Below are positions 1 through 8,396 of a stretch of 32,000 bases of DNA, in pieces. Under the pieces are notes generated by a model, which worked only from the letters and a program-made list of their open reading frames with translations, was not told the DNA's origin and made no database searches. Position 1 is the stretch's first letter. Every line of letters starts with the position of its first letter. The position numbers were made by a program, and so were the translations under genes. Location: positions 2,850,001 through 2,882,000 of the forward strand of contig NZ_CP042905.2 of NCBI RefSeq assembly GCF_008000775.2, read 5' to 3'. The stretch is from Promethearchaeum syntrophicum (GTDB taxonomy: Archaea; Asgardarchaeota; Lokiarchaeia; Sigyniarchaeales; Promethearchaeaceae).

Positions 1-377
1 TTTTCTGAGGATTTATCTAAAGTTAAAATTATCCGATTAATGCTTGGAAGATATTGGTTCAGATCTACGGTTTTCTGTACTTTACTCATGAAATATACAT
101 TTTCTCCGAAGGTAAATATAATATTCTCTCGATCTGATTCTAAAATTAAATTATGGATGTCTTGAGTTTCTAATTCCGAGACGAGTTTCTCTCTTTTTAA
201 AATCAATTCCCATAAAACTGGAGAGATCAGTTTACCAGGAGTTAATTTTGGGATTTTTGAAGCAAGCACTATACCATATTTATTGATGATAGCTGTATCA
301 GTACCGATCATTTCGAAAATTTGGTCAACCACTCCATCCCAATTTATTTTATTGTCTGTATTTGGTGGATTTGCACT
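1..377 (-). CDS. Partial small protein, possibly roadblock/LC7-like (C-terminus beyond window edge)
   Basis: Open minus-strand frame from ATG at 377 to the window edge: MSANPPNTDNKINWDGVVDQIFEMIGTDTAIINKYGIVLASKIPKLTPGKLISPVLWELIL... No internal stop. The 'AIINKYGIVLAS' segment resembles roadblock-type folds. Confidence 0.6.
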
Positions 378-676
378 CATTTTTTATAATTCCTTTTAAT
401 TGATTGTATATTTATGATTTAGATGTTAGATATTGTTATGATTTCCTTTATATATATATTATTTTTTTATTGCTAAGTAAGATTAGAACTCCAAGTTTTT
501 ATAATATCAAGCATGATTTTTTAGGACATTTTTACATTTATATAATTGAGTATATAAAAAATTTGAATTATTAAGGTGAAATAATTAATATAATCATAAA
601 AATTCTTTATAATTTGAAAAGAAACGATACGAAGTAGAAATTTTAATCTTAAAAAGTTAATCAAAGAGGAAAAAAA

Positions 677-1813
677 ATGGGTGATAAAGACTTAGAGAAT
701 ATTATCTCGAATATTGGACAGGAAGAATTGGCAGTAGCTCAAAAACAGGCTCAAATTGATAGACTTAAACAGCTGATCGTTAAGCAAAAAAATGAGATGG
801 CAGAACAGCAAAAAATTATCAAAGATTTAAATAATCGCATTCATAATATGTATGATTTACCCGCCGATGTTGAAGAATTAAAAAGAATGGTAGGTGAAAT
901 GCGTGCAGAAATCAATGATAAGGACTCACAACTTCAAATGGCATATGGAACTGTTGCAGAGCATGAAGCTGAACTGAGAAATCTAAGATTACAGATGGAT
1001 CCACTATCCAAAAATTTAGAGACTTATATTACTCAAGTCGGTGAAATAAAAGCAAAATTGGCAGAGCAAGAAGGCTTGTTAATGCTAAAAGAGAAAGATA
1101 TTCATGAATTAAAAACTAATTTAAGCAATAAACAGATGAATTTCGATAACATGGAAGAAGAATTTGCTAAAAAAGTTCAAGAACGACTAAAAGAATTCAT
1201 GGAAATCGAAGATAATTATCAAAAAAAAATTACAGAGATGCAGGAAGAACTACGCGAAAAAAGTATGACCTCCGACGAAGCACGTGTTAAAATTAAGGCA
1301 GAACTCCAAGAAGATGCTTTAAAAAATCAAACAGAATTTATGGATAAAATCAGAAAATTAGAATCCCAAGTAATGGATAAGGAAATTGAATCCAAAGAAG
1401 CGAAGCAAAAACTGGAAAACTCATTAAATCAAGTACAAGACATCAAACTAAAATTAGATACTCAAGTTGAAAAATATAATCAACTGCAAAAAGAATATTC
1501 TGTAATTAAGGATGAAATGGATACACGTGATGAATTTTATGCCGATTTAAAAGAATTTAAAGAACAGAATTTAGGTGTTTCATCAAATTTTTCCCGATTA
1601 ATGACTCTATTCGAACATGAACCACTCTTTAAAGCTTTTCTCTTAGTAAATGATGTTGGTGAAATGAATGTTGAAGATCTAAAAAATTCGTTGGGTGTGC
1701 CGAGTATAACTACAAAAAAATATGTCGATCAATTTATTAAAGCTGATTTATTTGTGTTAACCGATTCGGGCAAATTGTCACTTAAATATCCGATAAAGGT
1801 GAAGAAAAAGTAA
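677..1813 (+). CDS. Coiled-coil protein with C-terminal globular (winged-helix-like) region
   Basis: 378-aa ORF with long heptad-rich Lys/Glu/Gln region, then 'LFEHEPLFKAFLLVNDVGEMNVEDLKNSLGVPSITTKKYVDQFIKADLFVLTDSGKLSL'. Confidence 0.75.
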   Translation: MGDKDLENIISNIGQEELAVAQKQAQIDRLKQLIVKQKNEMAEQQKIIKDLNNRIHNMYDLPADVEELKRMVGEMRAEINDKDSQLQMAYGTVAEHEAELRNLRLQMDPLSKNLETYITQVGEIKAKLAEQEGLLMLKEKDIHELKTNLSNKQMNFDNMEEEFAKKVQERLKEFMEIEDNYQKKITEMQEELREKSMTSDEARVKIKAELQEDALKNQTEFMDKIRKLESQVMDKEIESKEAKQKLENSLNQVQDIKLKLDTQVEKYNQLQKEYSVIKDEMDTRDEFYADLKEFKEQNLGVSSNFSRLMTLFEHEPLFKAFLLVNDVGEMNVEDLKNSLGVPSITTKKYVDQFIKADLFVLTDSGKLSLKYPIKVKKK

Positions 1814-1988
1814 TTTACTGAATTTTTTTTTTTATTTTTAAGGAAGGCTGCTAGGTCTTCTGGTTAAAGTTTATTTTTTTCTTATTTCTGGTTTATATGT
1901 TCATTTTAGAACAAAGAATCTAATCTAAAATTTTTTAAATTAACGAATTTAGAATTAAATATAATCAATTATTTTGATATAAGTTGAG

Positions 1989-3251
1989 ATGAAGGTAATG
2001 AGTGAAACTTTGAATTATAAGCAATCTAACGAAAAGCAAGATATCGCAAATAAAACTAGTGAATTCCTTTTAGAGGTAAAAGATTTACGTACATACTTCT
2101 ATACAGAGGAAGGTGTAGTTAAAGCAGTTGATGGTGTTTCTTTTCAAATTAATCATGATGAGATACTTGGATTTGTTGGAGAAACTGGTTGTGGTAAAAG
2201 CGTAACAGCTTTATCTCTATTGAAATTAATCCGAACACCAGGAGAAATATTAAGCGGTGAAATTCTTTTCAATGGAGAAGATATTGTTAAAAAATCTGAA
2301 GACGAAATGTTGAAAATTCGAGGAAATTCAATAACAATGATATTCCAAGATCCTCTAAATTCTTTGAACCCAGTTATAAAAGTTGGAGACCAATTAGCTG
2401 AGGTTTATCTTTTACACCAAATGGAATACTTAGAAGATGAATTAGTCAAAGCTCGTGAGAAAAATAAACGTTTAAAAGAGAATATTAAACGTATGAAAAA
2501 AGAATTGAAAACAGGTTCTTCAGCGGGCTCTGAAACTCTGAAAAATCAGATAAAAGCATTAAAAGAACAAATTAAGTTTAGAATAACTATATTGGATATA
2601 GCCCACAAAGAATCTGCCGCTTTATTAGACAGAATTGGACTTCCAAATGCAGATACAATTATTAATCGATTCCCACATGAATTATCTGGGGGTATGCGTC
2701 AAAGAATTATGATTGCAATGGGTCTTGCATGTAATTCACAATTATTAATTTGTGATGAACCTACAACTGCTTTAGATGTCACCATTCAAGCACAAATCTT
2801 GGATATGATTCGAGAATTGAAGAGAAAACTGAAAAATTCTATTCTATTCATTACTCACTCTCTTGGAGTTATTTATGAGTTATGTGATCGAGTAGCTGTA
2901 ATGTATTCTGGGAATATCGTTGAATATGGAAAAGTTGAGGACATTTATAATAATCCAAAGCACCCATACACAAAAGGCTTAATGGCTGCAATTCCACGTG
3001 TATCAAAAGCATCTCGTGAATCGGAATTGATGATTATTCCTGGAATGGTTCCAAATTTAATATTCCCTCCACGTGGCTGCCGATTTCATCCAAGATGTGA
3101 CCATGCGATGGTAATATGCAAAAAGGTTAATCCTCCATTAAAAGATATGGAGAATAATGTCCAAGTTGCATGCCATCTTTATGATGAAGATAAATCTGAC
3201 CCAGAATTATATCGTAAATTAACAGAAAAGGAGAAAATGGAGGACATATAA
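1989..3251 (+). CDS. oppD: Oligopeptide/dipeptide ABC transporter ATP-binding protein, OppD/DppD-like
   Basis: Walker A GETGCGKS, Q-loop IFQDPLNSLNP, signature LSGGMRQR, Walker B LLICDEPTTALD, and C-terminal 'FPPRGCRFHPRC' Opp/Dpp cysteine motif. Confidence 0.92.
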   Translation: MKVMSETLNYKQSNEKQDIANKTSEFLLEVKDLRTYFYTEEGVVKAVDGVSFQINHDEILGFVGETGCGKSVTALSLLKLIRTPGEILSGEILFNGEDIVKKSEDEMLKIRGNSITMIFQDPLNSLNPVIKVGDQLAEVYLLHQMEYLEDELVKAREKNKRLKENIKRMKKELKTGSSAGSETLKNQIKALKEQIKFRITILDIAHKESAALLDRIGLPNADTIINRFPHELSGGMRQRIMIAMGLACNSQLLICDEPTTALDVTIQAQILDMIRELKRKLKNSILFITHSLGVIYELCDRVAVMYSGNIVEYGKVEDIYNNPKHPYTKGLMAAIPRVSKASRESELMIIPGMVPNLIFPPRGCRFHPRCDHAMVICKKVNPPLKDMENNVQVACHLYDEDKSDPELYRKLTEKEKMEDI

Positions 3252-4282
3252 TGACCAAAGCAACAGGAAAAATAAGAAATGTGTCTATGAAAGTACTTAA
3301 TAAAGAGTATGAGGGACCATTAATTACAGTAAAGAATTTAGCAGTAGATTATCCAATTATCGGCGGGATTTTTATGAGACAAATCGGAACAGTACAAGCT
3401 GTTCGAGATGTATCATTTTCCGTTTATCCTAACGAAACTTTAGGAATTGTAGGAGAATCAGGGTGTGGAAAAACAACTATTGCAAAAGCAATTTTGAATT
3501 TAGTCGAATCATCGAAGGGTGAAATGTATTATAAAGATGTCCGAATCGATAATAATATGAGTAAGAATAAGAATATTCGTCAAAAAATTCAAATGGTTTT
3601 TCAAGATCCGGATGCTTCTTTAAACCCTCGAATGAAAATTGTAGACATCATTGGAGAACCATTACGCAATCTAAGACCTACAATTAAAAATAATGAAATT
3701 CGTAAAATTGTATTAGATCTGTTAAATCAAGTATCAATGAAAAAAGAACATATGGATCGATTTCCCCATGAATTTTCCGGTGGACAGAAACAAAGAATCG
3801 TCATTGCTCGAGCTTTAGCTTGTGAACCAGATGTAATTTGTTTAGACGAACCTACCAGTGCATTAGATGTTTCTGTACAAGCTCAAATCTTGAACCTTCT
3901 TAAAGTATTACAAGAGAGACTAAATTTAGCATATATCTTTATAACCCATGATTTAAGCGTTATCCACCATATTGGAAGTCGAATTGCCGTTATGTATTTA
4001 GGTCTTCTTGTTGAGACAGGAACAATTGATGATATCTTTTACAATACATCTCATCCATATACTAGGGCATTATTATCAGCAAGACCGGCAGTAAATGCGG
4101 AAGAAAAACAACATAAGATTATATTAGAGGGAGAAATTCCATCACCTTCGAATCCACCAACAGGTTGCTCTTTCCATCCAAGGTGCCAAGAAAAAATGTT
4201 ACCCGAATGTAATAAAGAATCACCACATGAGACAATATTATCAGACACACATCATGTTTGGTGTTGGAAATTTGTTAAATAA
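3251..4282 (+). CDS. oppF: Oligopeptide/dipeptide ABC transporter ATP-binding protein, OppF/DppF-like
   Basis: Walker A GESGCGKT, FQDPDASLNPRM, FSGGQKQR, CLDEPTSALD, C-terminal GCSFHPRCQ. Overlaps the oppD stop by one base. Confidence 0.92.
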   Translation: MTKATGKIRNVSMKVLNKEYEGPLITVKNLAVDYPIIGGIFMRQIGTVQAVRDVSFSVYPNETLGIVGESGCGKTTIAKAILNLVESSKGEMYYKDVRIDNNMSKNKNIRQKIQMVFQDPDASLNPRMKIVDIIGEPLRNLRPTIKNNEIRKIVLDLLNQVSMKKEHMDRFPHEFSGGQKQRIVIARALACEPDVICLDEPTSALDVSVQAQILNLLKVLQERLNLAYIFITHDLSVIHHIGSRIAVMYLGLLVETGTIDDIFYNTSHPYTRALLSARPAVNAEEKQHKIILEGEIPSPSNPPTGCSFHPRCQEKMLPECNKESPHETILSDTHHVWCWKFVK

Positions 4283-4528
4283 TTTTTTTATTTCATTTTG
4301 ATTTTTTTTTAATCCGTTTTTCTAATTTCTTACTTCTGGTTTAGGAGTATACTTTCTAATAAAGAATCTAAACTAAAATTTTTTAAGATAAAGAATTTAA
4401 AGTAAAATATAAGCAATTATTTCTTATCAAATTACATCCATAGGTGACATTACATTCCAGTAGGCATATTAGTTCTTAGGTGGGATAACGAAATTGGCCC
4501 GGTTTTAATAACAAGTTTCCCAGAAAAT

Positions 4529-4831
4529 TTGAAAATAACAAATAATCTTTTGACTCAAATTTATTCTGCTCACAGATATTCTTCTTTAACCCCGGGATTT
4601 TCTTCACTTACATTAAAAAATAATAAAGTCGTATCGTTCTTTTCTGGGTTGGGAGAAAAATATGTCGAAGTTGAGAATTATGTCGTCGCTTTACTACTTC
4701 GTCGTGATGAAAGTGTAGCAACATACCGCGCGATTTTAAATAAAATTGCAGCGAATATTTTAGGAAATATTGAAAATAATAAATACAAAAAACTAATTCC
4801 AAGACTTTACCAGGATTTAGCTAGAATTTAA
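4529..4831 (+). CDS. Longin-like small protein (reported start probably internal)
   Basis: 100-aa ORF starts at TTG. The frame stays open back to 4448 and encodes HYIPVGILVLRWDNEIGPVLITSFPENLKITNN..., resembling longin-type N-termini. Confidence 0.6.
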   Translation: MKITNNLLTQIYSAHRYSSLTPGFSSLTLKNNKVVSFFSGLGEKYVEVENYVVALLLRRDESVATYRAILNKIAANILGNIENNKYKKLIPRLYQDLARI

Positions 4832-5037
4832 GCAAAATTAGAAGAGATTTGTTTAAAAATATTTTTTTTCATTCCATTTTAATATAGTTTTTATTAATTG
4901 TAATTCTTAAAAGTTCACACACTTCTCATTCCGAAATTTCAATAGGTGCTCGTTAGGAAATATCCGAAATATTTTTATTTTTTCATAAGTTTATTAAGAC
5001 GGATTAGAAAGCAATTTTATACAAAATTCAAATCCAT

Positions 5038-5174
5038 GCAGAGGTAGCCAAGCCTGGTCAATGCGATTGGAGAATCCCTTTCATGAACTTCTGATGGGTC
5101 AGACCGCGACTAACGGCGCCGGACTTAAGATCCGGTTCCATAGGGATACGTGCGTTCGAAGCGCACCCTCTGCA
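5038..5174 (+). tRNA. tRNA-Leu(UAA) with an approximately 52-nt insertion/intron in the D-arm
   Basis: Acceptor GCAGAGG/CCTCTGC plus discriminator A. Anticodon arm CCGGA-CTTAAGA-TCCGG (anticodon TAA). T-arm GTGCG-TTCGAAG-CGCAC. D-stem GCC (5049-5051 region) / GGC (5115-5117) separated by an extra ~52 nt (about 5063-5114). Confidence 0.9.
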
Positions 5175-5245
5175 TCTATTTTTTCTTTACTTCCTAATAT
5201 AAATTTTTAATGATAACGTAAATTAAGTGAATAACTAACATTAAA

Positions 5246-5899
5246 CTAGAAAGGGTTTGGTCTAATGTATCCACGTGAGAGAAACTCATAAATTATGTCT
5301 GCAATTAAATTTTTATCGATTTTCGTAATATTCAATGATTTAAACCACAGATCCCGCATTAAAATGCTACCAGATTCTTGCGATAAAGTTTGGGCAATTT
5401 TCCATATTTTCTTATAGTTTCCTTGTAATCGGGTTTTAGGAGTACCAAGATGATGGGGAAAATGATAGTTTAACTGAAAAATATCATTTACAAGCGCTTG
5501 AATGTTTTGCCCGTTCTTGGATTCATTAAAAAATATATCATTATCACCTTGATAATGGGAAAAAAATTGTTGCAGTTCATTTTCCCACCTGCTTTCAAAT
5601 CGAGCTGCAAATGCACTTAATGCTTCATCAGCAAATTCATTAGGTTTATTATCGAGAACGAGAATAATTTTAGTTAAATTCGAGGTAATTAGCAGCAAAT
5701 AGAATTGTTCAAACATTCCATGAACGATCTGCCCTTTGATCTGTCGAAATTGTATGTAGCCCCTATTAATATTAAATCGTATTTTTTCGATAAAAAGTGG
5801 ATCAAATGCAATACTTGGTGCAGATTCGAAATAAAGTAAACTTTGATTTTCATTGTGAAAAACAAGCAAATAATTAAAAGAGAGACTTACAGAAATCAT
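5246..5899 (-). CDS. Longin-domain-like protein
   Basis: 217-aa ORF. N-terminal half 'SVSLSFNYLLVFHNENQSLLYFES...KIILVLDNKPNEFADEALSAFAARFESRWENELQQFF' resembles a longin/sigma-adaptin-like fold; the C-terminal half is helical. Confidence 0.6.
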   Translation of the reverse strand: MISVSLSFNYLLVFHNENQSLLYFESAPSIAFDPLFIEKIRFNINRGYIQFRQIKGQIVHGMFEQFYLLLITSNLTKIILVLDNKPNEFADEALSAFAARFESRWENELQQFFSHYQGDNDIFFNESKNGQNIQALVNDIFQLNYHFPHHLGTPKTRLQGNYKKIWKIAQTLSQESGSILMRDLWFKSLNITKIDKNLIADIIYEFLSRGYIRPNPF

Positions 5900-6059
5900 A
5901 TGTTATGATAAAATATTGTGTTTTACTAATATAATAATATTCAATAAATTTTGTTCCTGCTAATGTCTATATTCAGTATATTTTTTGCTAATCGCAAAAT
6001 TCAATTTATTTTGAGGCTTCCGAGATTAGAGTAAACTTATATGATTGGATTAGATAAGT

Positions 6060-6218
6060 ATGGTGATGACAAAATACAATCCTCATACATGTAAATGGGA
6101 AAATGTTCCAGACAATTGGGTTATAAAATATAATCCACATAATAGAGAATGGAAATATGCGGCTCCAAAATCAAAATTAATGTATGATCCACATAATCAT
6201 AAATGGGATTATGTCTAA
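6060..6218 (+). CDS. Small ORF (52 aa, or 50 aa from the second ATG) with internal Y-N/D-P-H-x-x-x-W repeats; absent from the supplied ORF track
   Basis: Own translation: MVMTKYNPHTCKWENVPDNWVIKYNPHNREWKYAAPKSKLMYDPHNHKWDYV*. Three internal repeats YNPHTCKW / YNPHNREW / YDPHNHKW argue for real coding. Confidence 0.55.
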   Translation: MVMTKYNPHTCKWENVPDNWVIKYNPHNREWKYAAPKSKLMYDPHNHKWDYV

Positions 6219-6267
6219 TCCTTTTACTGTAAAAAAATGGTTTACTAATTTGATTCTATTTAAAAAA

Positions 6268-7209
6268 TTAACTGTAGTCGATCATTTTTTCGATACTTAG
6301 TAAGGCTTTTTGTGCAATATGAGATGGAACTTTGACTTGAAATTGTTCCTCTTCTGGAGTTCCAATAGATTTAAGAGTAGTATAAATTTTTTCTAAGGTA
6401 ATTTTTTTCATATTTTCACAAAGCGATTTGGGATTAAGGGGAAAAAATTTTTTGGAAGGATTTTTCCAAATTAAATGATCCATTAATCCAATTTCAGTTC
6501 CGATTATATATCCAGCATCATTTTCATGCTCATGTACATAATTAAGCATACCAGATGTAGATCCAATGTAATCCGCCATTTGTTGCACTTCTGGAGGGGC
6601 TTCAGGATGAACTAAAAGTATAGCATTTGGATGAGTATTTTTAGCATTAACTACATCCATTTTGGTGAAAAGGTTATGGCGCGGGCAATTTCCAAGACCA
6701 GGAATCGATATGACCTTTAAATCGGTCCTATCTCTAACATAAGATGCAAGATTTTTATCAGGTCCAAATAAAATTGTGTCGGTATTATGTTCTTCAGCTA
6801 TTTTTTGTGAAATTTTAATTGCATTTGAAGATGTGCAGCAGATATCTGTATGAGCTTTTGTTTCTGCAGTCGTATTTACATATACCACAACTGGAATATC
6901 AGGATATTGGATTTTATATTTCTCAATATCGTCCCCCGATAAAAAATTCGCTAACGGACATCCCGCAGATTTATCAGGAGAAAGAATGGTTTTTGCAGGA
7001 TTTAATACAGATGCCGTTTCCGCCATAAATAAGACTCCTGCAAATAGAATATAGTCTGTGTCAACTTCATTTTTAGCGATCTTAGAAAGACCTAGAGAAT
7101 CTCCAATTCTATCGGCAATTTTATGAACTCCCAAAGGTGTATAATAATGTGCCAGAATTGTTACACCCTTTTCAGTTTTTAAAGCCGAGATTTTTTCTGA
7201 AATATCCAT
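6268..7209 (-). CDS. nadA: Quinolinate synthase A
   Basis: ILAHYYTP, GVLFMAETASVLNPAKTILSPDKSAGCPLA, FGPDKNLASYV, GLGNCPRH, IGSTSGMLNYV, GTEIGLMDHL, CENMKKITLEK. Confidence 0.93.
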   Translation of the reverse strand: MDISEKISALKTEKGVTILAHYYTPLGVHKIADRIGDSLGLSKIAKNEVDTDYILFAGVLFMAETASVLNPAKTILSPDKSAGCPLANFLSGDDIEKYKIQYPDIPVVVYVNTTAETKAHTDICCTSSNAIKISQKIAEEHNTDTILFGPDKNLASYVRDRTDLKVISIPGLGNCPRHNLFTKMDVVNAKNTHPNAILLVHPEAPPEVQQMADYIGSTSGMLNYVHEHENDAGYIIGTEIGLMDHLIWKNPSKKFFPLNPKSLCENMKKITLEKIYTTLKSIGTPEEEQFQVKVPSHIAQKALLSIEKMIDYS

Positions 7210-7344
7210 ATCCTACGATATAATAAGAAAAGAACAATTAAAACTGATTTGGTTAATATATATAGTTGTTCAAAAAAAATGCACAAACTTTTAAAATTCT
7301 GAGAAATTTATTTAATTAACATATAATATTAAAAAATGTGATAA

Positions 7345-8304
7345 ATGAATATGTCGAAGCATATAGGAAGTTGCGATGTTAACGAAGATAATTGCTATCA
7401 TGTAATTATAATTGGCGGAGGTCCTGCAGCAGTGTCTGCAGCTATATACTGCCATCGATTTGACCTAAAAGTATTGATGATCGGAGAAGAATTTGGTGGG
7501 GCTATAGCCAAAACTTATCTTGTTGAAAATTATCCCGGATTTTTTGAGACATCTGGATACGATTTGATGGAAGCTTTTCAGAAACATTATGAGTTTTTTA
7601 AAATCCCTTTTATTTTTGATACAGTAACAGAACTAAAACAAGACGCCGAACATGGTTTTGATATCCATACTTCTGGAGGATTATCTTACAAAGCTTGCAG
7701 TGTTATTATAGCAACCGGAACAAAATATAAAAAAATGAATGTTCCAGGAGAGACCGAACTCCATGGAAGAGGCGTATCTTATTGTGCTACTTGTGATGGC
7801 CCATTCTTCAGAGATAAAAATATTATAGTTGTAGGCGGTTCTGATAGTGCTGCTGTTGAAGCTCTTTTCTTATCTCGATTTGGTAAAAAGGTAAATATTG
7901 TTTATAGGCGTGAAAAAATTCGCGCAGAACCAATTAACATCACTCGAGTCGAATGTAATGATAAAATTGAAGTTATTAATAATACTGTCATAGCAAAGAT
8001 AAATGGAAAAGAAAAGGTTGAATCGGTTGAATTCGGAGACGGAACCATATTTCCGGCTGATGCAGTATTTATTGAGATCGGATCGATACCCCAATCAGAT
8101 ATTGTTAAGGAAATAGGTACAAATCTGAATGAAAAGGGAGAAATAATTGTAGATAAATACGCTCAGACTAATATTCCTGGTTTATTTGCAGCAGGGGATA
8201 TTACTGATATTCGCGAGAAACAAGTTATTACAGCTTGCGGACAAGCCGTTTCAGCATCATATTCCGTCAGAGAGTTCTTAACTGAGAATTTTTGCTTAGA
8301 TTAA
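7345..8304 (+). CDS. trxB: Thioredoxin reductase (FAD/NAD(P)-disulfide oxidoreductase)
   Basis: GGGPAAVSAAIYCHR dinucleotide-binding motif, redox CATCDGPFF (CxxC), GGSDSAAVEALFLSRFG second Rossmann motif, GLFAAGDITD C-terminal FAD motif. Confidence 0.93.
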   Translation: MNMSKHIGSCDVNEDNCYHVIIIGGGPAAVSAAIYCHRFDLKVLMIGEEFGGAIAKTYLVENYPGFFETSGYDLMEAFQKHYEFFKIPFIFDTVTELKQDAEHGFDIHTSGGLSYKACSVIIATGTKYKKMNVPGETELHGRGVSYCATCDGPFFRDKNIIVVGGSDSAAVEALFLSRFGKKVNIVYRREKIRAEPINITRVECNDKIEVINNTVIAKINGKEKVESVEFGDGTIFPADAVFIEIGSIPQSDIVKEIGTNLNEKGEIIVDKYAQTNIPGLFAAGDITDIREKQVITACGQAVSASYSVREFLTENFCLD

Positions 8305-8396
8305 GTAGAACTCAAGACTTAAGTAATTTTTTTTCAGATAATTTCTATTTCCTTTTTACTATTCCTGTAAAATTGCTAATTTTTCAAAATAAGAAA

